Assembly (NCBI GenBank): GCA_965225945.1
Contig: CBDDBZ010000038.1
Span: forward strand, 448,001 to 512,000
From: Alphaproteobacteria bacterium
GTDB taxonomy: Bacteria; Pseudomonadota; Alphaproteobacteria; GCA-2731375
Direction of reading: 5' to 3'
DNA length: 64,000 bases
The notes under the pieces are model-generated. The model was not told the DNA's origin. It was given only the letters and a program-made list of their open reading frames with translations, and made no database searches. Position 1 is the first letter of the stretch, and each line of letters opens with the position of its first letter. Shown one piece after another: positions 56,133 through 64,000 of the stretch. The position numbers and the translations under genes are program-made.

Positions 56133-56172
56133 TTAAGGAAAATCTAAGCGGCAGAGTTAACGGCGTGGTAAC
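56133..56172 (-). promoter_or_regulatory. two CtrA boxes upstream of sciP
   Basis: TTAA-N7-CTAA (56133-56147) and TTAA-N7-GTAAC (56157-56172). Confidence 0.7.
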
Positions 56173-56185
56173 GATGTCACGGTGG

Positions 56186-57552
56186 CTATCTCAGCACGCG
56201 GACGAGCTCGTCGAGCATCTCGTCGGCGGTCGTGATTATCTTCGCACCGGCCGAGAAGGCGCGTTGCGTCACGATCATCGACGAGAACTCTTCGGCGAGT
56301 TCGACAGTCGAGGCCTCGAGGGCCGAAGGCGCCACGTTTCCGGACCCACCCTTGCCGGCTTCCTGCAACGTGAAGGCGCCGGAATCGAGGGTGCGATATA
56401 GGCGTTGCCGGTCCTGTTGCTGAGGCCGTTGACATTGGGGAAGTTGGCGAGCGGCAGCTTGAAGACATTGACCCGCTCGCCGTTGTCGAAAAGCGCGGTG
56501 ACGATGCCGTCTTCGTTCACCGAGAGCCCGACCAGGCCGCCGAACACGGCGCCGTTGACGTTGGTGTTGACCAGGATCGAGGCGGAATCGAACTGGGTCA
56601 CGCCGTCGGCGTTGCCGTCGGTGCCGAGATCGACGGTGAGCGCCGCGGGATTGAGGCCGAGGACGGTGGCCCAGGTGATGTTCAAGGTCGTGGGCATCGT
56701 CGTTCCGGCCGCGTTGTAGGTGCCGTCGGGGTTGAACTTCAGAATGCCGCTGGAGACCAGGCCGTTCGGGTGCGTGGGGAGGTCGACGTCCGCGGCGGGC
56801 TCGACATAGGCTTCCACGTAGCAGGCGTTGGGACCGGCGGCACCGGCCGGGTCGGCGCGGAGGAAGGAGAATGTGAGATCGCGGGTGCCGCCCTTGGAAT
56901 CCACCACCTGCACGCTGCGTTCGAAGTCGGCGATGATCTGCAGCGGATCGGTGTCCGGGCGCGCCATGTCGCCGGCGGCGTAGGGCTGAGAGGTGACCAG
57001 CGGGTTGATCGGTTGCGAGGACCACAGGTTGGCCTGCATCGAGATCAGCGTCGTCGGCTCGGCGGTACCGACGAGGGACTGCACGTTGACGCTCTCCAGG
57101 ATATTCAGATCGACGCGGTTGGCGGGGATGTTGCCGTTGGTGTCCATCGCCCAGCCCTGTAGGTAGAAACCGGCCGGATTGCGCAGGTAGCCGTCCGCAT
57201 CGGCGCTAAAGGAGCCCGCGCGCGTGAACAAATAATTGCCGTTGCTGGGGGTCGGCTGGTTCGCGGTATGAACCACGAAGAAGCCGTTGCCGGAGATCGC
57301 CAGGTCGGTCGGCGAGGCGGACGCCTGGAGCAGCCCCTGACGGTTGACCAAGGCTTGCGGCGAGGAACGGACGCCGCCGGCGGAATAGGTGGTGGCGCTT
57401 CGGGTCTGGGTCACCAGGGTGGAGAACGCAGCCTTGGTGGACTTGTAGCCGATGGTGTTCACGTTGGAGATGTTGTCCGCGATCATCGCCATCGACTGGC
57501 TCTGTGCCGCGAGGGCGGAAACGCCTGAAAACAGTGCACTGTAGAGACTCAT
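56186..57552 (-). CDS. flgE: flagellar hook protein FlgE (1-bp deletion frameshift near 56393)
   Basis: IADNISNVNTIGYK, DLAISGNGFF, TRAGSF; C-terminal LEASTVELAEEFSSMIVTQRAFSA is in a second frame. Confidence 0.9.
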
Positions 57553-57616
57553 GACTTCTTCCTCCGTTGCCGCCGACGCCCGCTCTTCGGGTGCGGCGTT
57601 ACCTTGATTGGCAGCC

Positions 57617-58286
57617 TCAAGCGGCCGCCGCGTCGAGGCTCAGCCGCCGAACGTTGGAGAGCGGTATGGCGGCCTCGCCGATCATCAGCCGGGTCTCGCC
57701 GTCCGCGGTCTCGACCCCGTCGACCCGGCCGACGACGCCGATTCGGGTCGGCAGTTCCACGCCCTCGGCGCTACGCGCCGTGACGGTGAGCCGGTAGACG
57801 CCCTCCGGCGCCGCGTTGCCTGCGTTGTCGTTGCCGTCCCAGACGAAGCTTCGCTCGCCGAGTGTCGTATCGCCCCCCACCGTGCGGACCAGTCGACCGT
57901 TCGCGTCGGTGATCGTCAGCACGATCGCGTTGGCGGCGCCCTCGACCTCGTAGGTCCAGTCGGCGGCGCCGGCGGCGAGGTGCGTCGTGTTCCCATCCGC
58001 CTCGATCGTGCGGCCGAGATAGGAGGCGGCGGCGGCGGTCAACTGTGCCCGCGACAGGCTCAGTATGTTCTCCAGGTGCTTGTTGGTGGCGATATTCTGT
58101 TCGACGTTGGTGAACTGGACGAGCTGTTTCGGTGAATTCGGACGAACTGACCGGATCCAGCGGATCCTGGTTTTTCAGCTGCGTGGTCAGCAGGGTCAGG
58201 AAATTGTCGAAGGTTTCGGCGATGGAGGCACCGGCGCGCGCCGAACCACTCGTCGCCGTCGAACTCGCGAGGCCGGGGATTTCCAT
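57617..58286 (-). CDS. flgD: hook capping protein FlgD (1-bp insertion frameshift near 58128)
   Basis: FLTLLTTQLKNQDPLDP; removing one A from GAAACAG restores FTEQLVQFTNVEQ; FVWDG. Confidence 0.9.
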
Positions 58287-58306
58287 GACTGGCTCCTCTC
58301 TTCGGC

Positions 58307-60268
58307 TCAGACGTTGATGTCGAGTAGGCGATCCGTCGCCGTTCGACGAGCATCGCTCGCCGCGATCGTCGCCGCGCCACCGGTCTCGATGTCGCGGCCA
58401 GGCCGGCCACTCGGATCGTCTCCGGCGAAGCCATCGCCCTCGCGGCCTTCGGACTCCCCACGCAGGGAGAAACTCAGGCCGCCCGAGCCGGTATCCAGAC
58501 CGGCATCCTGCAACGCCTTCTCCAACAGGCGGGCATCGCGCTGCAGCAGCTCAAGAGTGTCGATCCGGTCCGCCGTGATCACCGCCAGCACCCGGCCGTC
58601 GAAGCCGATGTCGAGCTTGATGTCGACGCGTCCGAGTTCCGCCGGATGCAGCCGGACGTTGATCCGCCTGAGGCCATCCTCGACACCCTGGGTGATCCGC
58701 GCCGCGACTTGAACCGTCGGTGGCGGTGGCGGCGCGGCCGGGCGTGTCGTGGCCGCGCCGAGGCGGCTCGCCGAATCGCTCGACGTGGCTTCCTGGGCCG
58801 GCCCGCCAGCCCCTTCGAGGTCGACCGCGAAGCCGCCCTCGCTCGCCAGCACGAGGCCGGCCGGGCGCGGGGCGAGGTCGGCGGTCGTCGCGGGAGCGCT
58901 CGACGGTGGCGGCGTCACGGTTTCGGTGAGCGGGGCCGCCGTCGGGTTGCCGCCGACGCGTGTCGCGAGCCCGAGGGCGACCGATCGCATCGAGCTTGCG
59001 CCGGCGATTTGCGACACCGTCGCGGTCCCGTCCAGCATGCCCCAGACACCGCCGACATGCGGGCGGGCGGAAGCTTCGGGCGCCGTGGCGGCCGATTGGA
59101 TCGTGAGCCGAGTCCGCGCCGCCGGATCACCTCCGCTCTCGGTGGCGATCTCCGGTTCGACGGACAGGCCGAGCCCGATGTTCGGCGTCGCGATAGCCCG
59201 AGGTGCTACGCCGCTCGCCCGTGGCGCCGTGGCGACAAGAGGGGTGGGCGATGCGACATTCGGGTTTGGCGTCGCGCCGGCGAGCAAGGCAATCGGCGAC
59301 GCAGCGGTCGGGTTCGGCGTCGCCCTGGCGAGCAAGGCAATCGGCGAGGCGGTGGTCGGGTTCGGTGTCGCGGCGGGGGGGCTTGCCGGCGCGGCCACGG
59401 CCGCCGGCGTTGCAGTGGCGAGCAAGGCAATCGGCGAGGCGGTGGTCGGGTTCGGCGTCGCGGCGGGGGGGCTTGCCGGCGCGGCCACGGCCGCCGGCGT
59501 CGCACTGGCGAGCAAGGCAATCGGCGAGGCGGTGGTCGGGTTCGGCGTCGCGGCGGGGGGGCTTGCCGGCGCGGCCACGGCCGCCGGCGTCGCCCTGGCG
59601 AGCAAGGCAATCGGCGAGGCGGTGGTCGGGTTCGGTGTCGCGGCGGGGGGGCTTGCCGGCGCGGCCACGGCCGCCGGCGTTGCAGTGGCGAGCAAGGCAA
59701 TCGGCGAGGCGGTGGTCGGGTTCGGTGTCGCGGTGGGGGGGCTTGCCGGCACGGCCACGGGTCTCGCGACGACGGGCAATGTCGACGTTGGCGTCGTCGT
59801 GGCATCCCTGGTGCCGTCGGCCGTGGGAGGCGCGGCGACAGGCGCGAGCGACGCCATCGGTCCGGCGTCGACCGGCGCGGGAACGGCGATCCGACCCACG
59901 TCCTGGATGAGAGCGGGCGCGACGACGTTGACGATTGACGCTGGCGTCGGCACGGCGATGACGATGGGCGTGGAGGGCTCGGCGACTCTGGTGGGAAACA
60001 GTCGGGTATCGAATACCCTCGCGTCACCGGACGCCGGCGGGGCACCGCCGTTCTCGGCACCGTCGGTTCGTGTTGGCGATGAAGCCGGACCGGCCGCCGT
60101 CTCGGAGCCTTCGATCAAGGTCGCAAAGCTTTCCGTAGTCTCTCCGTCCGCGCCGGCACCTGAGCTTTCGCTCGGGATCCGCTCCGGGCCGGGTCGCGCG
60201 ATCGACCCGGTGGTCGCCGGCGTCGGTGCCGTCGGTGTCGTCTGGGGAAGGGGAAGGGGCGCTGGCAT
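58307..60268 (-). CDS. fliK: flagellar hook-length control protein FliK
   Basis: Pro/Ala/Thr-rich N-terminal region; C-terminal VRLHPAELGRVDI...LQRDARLLEKALQDAGL...LSFSL, LLDINV; start uncertain (60268-60370). Confidence 0.88.
   Translation of the reverse strand: MPAPLPLPQTTPTAPTPATTGSIARPGPERIPSESSGAGADGETTESFATLIEGSETAAGPASSPTRTDGAENGGAPPASGDARVFDTRLFPTRVAEPSTPIVIAVPTPASIVNVVAPALIQDVGRIAVPAPVDAGPMASLAPVAAPPTADGTRDATTTPTSTLPVVARPVAVPASPPTATPNPTTASPIALLATATPAAVAAPASPPAATPNPTTASPIALLARATPAAVAAPASPPAATPNPTTASPIALLASATPAAVAAPASPPAATPNPTTASPIALLATATPAAVAAPASPPAATPNPTTASPIALLARATPNPTAASPIALLAGATPNPNVASPTPLVATAPRASGVAPRAIATPNIGLGLSVEPEIATESGGDPAARTRLTIQSAATAPEASARPHVGGVWGMLDGTATVSQIAGASSMRSVALGLATRVGGNPTAAPLTETVTPPPSSAPATTADLAPRPAGLVLASEGGFAVDLEGAGGPAQEATSSDSASRLGAATTRPAAPPPPPTVQVAARITQGVEDGLRRINVRLHPAELGRVDIKLDIGFDGRVLAVITADRIDTLELLQRDARLLEKALQDAGLDTGSGGLSFSLRGESEGREGDGFAGDDPSGRPGRDIETGGAATIAASDARRTATDRLLDINV
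59278..59760. repeat. 90-bp (30-aa) near-perfect tandem repeat in fliK, ~5 copies plus partial units
   Basis: Units start at 59326, 59416, 59506, 59596 and 59686; they encode ASPPAATPNPTTASPIALLAxATPAAVAAP. Confidence 0.95.
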
Positions 60269-60501
60269 GGAAAGGATCGTCGGGGTCCGCTTCGGTTTCA
60301 CTGCTTCCGTTCCGTCGCTCGCCGGGACTCGGAGACGACGACGGTCGGACCATCGCAAGATCGGGGCCAAGGCGAGTCTCGAGATCGAAGCCGCGAAATT
60401 GTGCCATTCCCGGTCGGGGCACGGCGCCGAGACGGCTCACCGACGGCAAGTTCTGCACCTCGTCCCGGTCGATGCTGCCGATCGCGCTCGGCGAATTCAT
60501 C

Positions 60502-60517
60502 GTTAACCGAAGCTTAA
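60502..60517 (-). promoter_or_regulatory. full CtrA box upstream of fliK-flgD-flgE
   Basis: Minus strand TTAA-GCTTCGG-TTAAC, an exact TTAA-N7-TTAAC. Confidence 0.8.
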
Positions 60518-60967
60518 GGCCGCTCCGCGAGGATGGCGCATCGACGGGTCGCCGCGCGGTCCGTCCGCGACCATCGGGGATCTAGCGACATGATCACTTC
60601 GAACCTGGATACAGCCGCCGAACGCGAAGCCGCCGCCGCCGCTTTCGAGCGCGCCGACTTCGAAACCGCGCGCGCGTGTTGGCTTCGCGGCGCCGAGGCG
60701 GGCGACGTCGAGGCGCTGGTCGAGCTGGGCCTGATGCACAGCAACGGACGCGGCGCCGAACGGGATCATGTGGCGGCCAAGCCCTACTTCGAACAGGCCG
60801 CGGAACGTGGCCACCCCGAGGCGGAATACTGTTTGGGCGTGCTGTTCAACGCCGGTCTCGGCGTCGAGGACGACGCAGCCGAAGCCGCCTACTGGTACAC
60901 CCGGGCGGCCGAGAAGGGCCACGCGCTGGCGCAATGCAATCTGGCGATCCTCTACGAGAAGGGCTTA

Positions 60968-62138
60968 TACCAATCGGCATTAATCAGAACTCATGCGCCC
61001 ATTTACGCCGCCCGATGGACGTGATGTTCCATGGTTGATCGATGAGCTTGTTCCAGGCTTCGCAGCAGGAGGTGATGATCTGCTCGTCGGATTGGAAGAC
61101 CAAGTTGGACAGCCAGTTGTCGCGCATGAACTGCCAGATGTTTTCGGTCGGATTGAGCTCCGGCGAGCGTGGTGGCAGGGGCAGGAGGGTAACGTTGGCG
61201 GGGATCTTCAGCTTGTCCGTGGTGTGCCAACCCGCCTGATCGAGGAGCAGGAGGGCATGCGCGCGCGCGCCTACCCGGGAGGAGATCTCCTCCAGATGCA
61301 GCTGCATGGCCTGGGTGTCGCAGTGGGGGAGCACGAGGGCGGCGCCGACGCCGCGTTCGGGACAGATGGCGCCGAAGATATAGGCTGATTTGGTGCGCTG
61401 GTCATGCGGTGCGCGGGGCCGGGTTCCGCGCCGCGCCCAGCGCCGAGTGATCTTGTTCTTCTGGCCGACACGGGCTTCGTCCTGCCACCAGATTTCTATC
61501 TCGGTGCCGGCGGGCAGGCGCCGGCGGGCTTGCGCCACCAGCTCGGGGAATTTTTTTTAAAATCCTCGATGACGCCCTCCTCCTGGGCATGGTGGCGCGG
61601 ACGCGCCGTCATCTTCGTGAAGCCCATCGCCTTCAATTCCCGGCTCACCGTGGTCTCGTCGAGCGAGATCGCGAACATATCCCGGATCCAGCCCGCCAGA
61701 TCCTTCAGCCGCCAGCGCACCACGCCGTCGACCGCCGGGTTCGGCCCCGCATCGACGCGTGCCCCCAGCGCCTGGCGTTGTGCATCGTCGAGCTTCGCCA
61801 CCGCACCGGGCGCCTTGCGATCGATCAAGCCGTCCGGGCCCTCGGCGTTGAAATGCAACACCCAATCTCGGATCACCTGAAGCCCCACGTGGCCGGTCCG
61901 TGCCGCATCCGTCCGCCGCCCACCGTCATAGATCACCGCGAGAGCCAAGAGCCGGCGGCTCTGGCCGGCATCCTTGGAAAGCTTCGCCAAGCGACGCAGC
62001 TCCGCCGCATCGAAATCCTCTCGTAACCCGATCGCCGCTCCCATGGTGAACCTCCTCAACTCCGAATCACCGGAATTGAGTCAGAAATCATCCACCATGG
62101 GAATCCTCAAAGTGAGTCTCCCTCAAGGCCAATTGGTA
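60968..62138 (-). mobile_element. IS630-family insertion sequence, ~1171 bp
   Basis: Ends TACCAATCGGCATTAA / TCAAGGCCAATTGGTA; flanked by duplicated (T)TA. Confidence 0.92.
60984..62044 (-). CDS. IS630 transposase, OrfA/OrfB joined by a -1 frameshift at an A8 run
   Basis: HTH OrfA (61496-62044); DDE OrfB with WQDEAR, LDQAGWH, SPELNPTENIW; minus-strand TTTTAAAAAAAATTCCCC at ~61545-61562. Confidence 0.9.
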
Positions 62139-62648
62139 TTAGGCGTTACCCGCGACTTCTACAAGGCCGTCGACCTCTACGGCCGCTCGGCCGAGGGCGG
62201 CAATGTCGTCGCCGTCTTCAATCTGGGCGTCATGTGCGAAAATGGCATCGGTCTAGAGACGGACCGGGAACGCGCGGTGAAGCTCTATCGCGTCGCCGCC
62301 GAGTCGGGCCTCGCCGCCGCGCAGCACAATCTGGGCGTGATGTTGAGCGATGGCCGGGACGTCGAAGCCGACGACGAGGAGGCGCTGGCCTGGTTCGAGC
62401 GCGCCGCGGAGCAAGGCTACGAGCTTTCCGTCAAGAACCTGGCCGTGCTGCGGGCCGAGGCCGAATAGCGTCGGCGGGCGTTGAACTCGACCGCCCCATC
62501 CTAGACCAATGGACATGAACTTCACTCGAGGGCCCCACTTGCCCCGCCGACCACCCAGGACGGGTAGCCTCGCGGGTCGTTGGGAAGGGGCGTGGGGCGG
62601 CACGGGGAGTCGCCCGTCAAGGCTGTTGGTGTTGCGACGACTTCGGAG

Positions 62649-62664
62649 TGGCCCGAACCTTGCA
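62649..62664 (+). promoter_or_regulatory. sigma54 (-24/-12) promoter for flgK
   Basis: TGGCCCGAACCTTGCA has exact GG-N10-GC spacing. Confidence 0.8.
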
Positions 62665-62791
62665 GCTGCTTGATCGAACGGCCCCGGCGCGGGCGTATCG
62701 ATCGAGGGACCGACGGATGAGCGGCACGGAAAGCCCCGAAAAGACCGACCTCGGCGGCGATTCGACCGAGACCGGGCGAGCATGCGGACGG

Positions 62792-62806
62792 CGGCAGGAA
62801 TTGCCG
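62792..62806. promoter_or_regulatory. ftr-like FlbD enhancer downstream of the sigma54 promoter
   Basis: Dyad CGGCAGGAATTGCCG. Confidence 0.55.
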
Positions 62807-62845
62807 GCGGGCAGGTCGTCTCGAGCGTGGGCGTGAGGATCGGTC

Positions 62846-64000
62846 ATGTCTATCACCCAGGTCATGCAGTCGGCGGTCAGCGCGCTCAACACCCAGGCGC
62901 GCGCCATCGACATCACCTCGAGCAACATCGCCAACGTCAACACCGAGGGCTATGCCCGTCGGCAGGTGCAGTTCGATCCGTTGGTCATCGACGGCAAGAC
63001 CGCCGGGGTCGAGTTGGGCCAGGCCCTGCAAGTGATCGACCGCTTCCTCCAGACCGAACTGATTGGTGTGTCGGCGGCCACGGGTTTCTACCAAGCCCAG
63101 GCGGACCTGCACAGCCGTTTGCAGGACTTCCTCGGCCGCCCGGATCTGGATATGAACCTGTCCGCCCGACTCAACGAGGTCTTCGCGGCATTTTCGCAGC
63201 TCGCCGTGGAGCCGGACGAGCTCGCTCGCCGCTTTCAGACGTTGGAGGGCCTCATGACCCTCGCGACCGAGATCAATCGCCTGAGCGAGCGATTGCACTA
63301 CCTCAGGGCGGAAGCCGAGACCCGGATCTCCTCTAACATCACCCGGATCAACTCGGCGCTCGCGCGGATCCACGAGCTCAATCCGCAGATCGCCAACCTC
63401 AACCATATCGACGGTGACGCGTCGGCCCTGGTGGATCAGCGCCAGCGTGCATTGAACGAGCTCTCCGAGCTGATCGATCTCCACGTGATCGAAAAGAGCG
63501 ACGGTCAGATCGATATCTTTACCCGCTCCGGCCTGACGCTGTTGGACCGCAACCTCCGGATGCTGGAATACAATGCCGCCGGCATCGTCGATGCGGCCAC
63601 CCCCTTCGATGCCATTCGCGTCTTCAGGCTGGATCTGGGCGGCAACAAAATCGGCACGGGAGATCCGCTCTATCCGAAACTCCGCTCGGGCGCGCTCAAG
63701 GGCCTGATCGACATGCGCGATATCGAGCTTCCCGATCTCGCCGCCAGGATCGGCAACATCTCGTCGATGCTGATCGACCAGATCAATCGCGCCCACAACG
63801 CCAGCTCGGCGGTCCCCGCGCCGGCGAGCTTGGTCGGCATCGACACGGGCCTCGCCGCCGACGATGCGCACGGCTTTACAGGCATCGTCGATTTCGTGCA
63901 ACTCGCCGCCGACGGCACCCTTCAGGCACAGGCGACGATCGACTTCGCTAATCCCGGGCTCGTCACTCTCGCCGACGTCGTCGCGGCGGTGAATGCGGCA
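62846..64000 (+). CDS. flgK: hook-associated protein FlgK (truncated by window edge); absent from the ORF track
   Basis: MSITQVMQSAVSALNTQARAIDITSSNIANVNTEGYARRQV; later RIHELNPQI...LVDQRQRALNELS, SGALKGLIDMRD. Confidence 0.92.
   Translation, partial: MSITQVMQSAVSALNTQARAIDITSSNIANVNTEGYARRQVQFDPLVIDGKTAGVELGQALQVIDRFLQTELIGVSAATGFYQAQADLHSRLQDFLGRPDLDMNLSARLNEVFAAFSQLAVEPDELARRFQTLEGLMTLATEINRLSERLHYLRAEAETRISSNITRINSALARIHELNPQIANLNHIDGDASALVDQRQRALNELSELIDLHVIEKSDGQIDIFTRSGLTLLDRNLRMLEYNAAGIVDAATPFDAIRVFRLDLGGNKIGTGDPLYPKLRSGALKGLIDMRDIELPDLAARIGNISSMLIDQINRAHNASSAVPAPASLVGIDTGLAADDAHGFTGIVDFVQLAADGTLQAQATIDFANPGLVTLADVVAAVNAA

Larger units (their letters stand above)
60590..62468 (+). 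pseudogene. Sel1-repeat protein interrupted by IS630
   Basis: Sel1 repeats on both sides; excising the IS rejoins ...YEKGL|GVTRDFYKA... in frame. Confidence 0.9.

Noticed and set aside
59278-59760. 90-bp repeats as a CRISPR array
   Set aside because: Whole units repeat without unique spacers and are in-frame coding sequence of fliK
60393-60406. Sigma54-like TGGCACAATTTCGC on the minus strand before fliK
   Set aside because: Spacing is GG-N9-GC, not the strict N10

Overview
This is a GC-rich alphaproteobacterial chromosome segment. The Rhodospirillales/Caulobacter-like cox and flagellar gene order supports that assignment, which is inferred. In order it holds: an amidase tail, a CoA-transferase and a PotABCD-like ABC transporter; gyrB-recF-dnaN (no dnaA); a 270-bp TA-flanked, fully foldable palindromic element; a cpYpsA/SLOG gene, a histidine ammonia-lyase-like gene and tldD; the aa3 oxidase operon coxB-coxA-ctaB-coxF-ctaG-coxC-DUF983-surf1; an atypical Tmk, an esterase, an acyl-CoA ligase and an SDR; an intact IS1595 upstream of a lone Flp pilin; a ~14.6-kb uncharacterised catabolic cluster (aminotransferase III, hydantoinase/oxoprolinase A plus two B subunits, flavin oxidoreductase, Mo-oxidoreductase, VOC, CitE-like, tandem DUF427); glycerate kinase-pyk; a flagellar cluster (flhG, flhF, flhA, flbD, motA, fliN, fliH, fliG, fliF, sciP, flgE, flgD, fliK) with CtrA, ftr and sigma54 sites; a Sel1 gene split by IS630; and the start of flgK. 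Several genes carry imperfect local duplications or 1-bp indels that may be assembly errors. No rRNA, tRNA or CRISPR array was seen. The best leads are the structured TA-flanked mini-elements, the lactam/N-heterocycle catabolic cluster, the FliK 90-bp repeat expansion, a natural FlbD D52E substitution and a possible ACG start in fliF. All family calls come from motif recognition; no searches were run.
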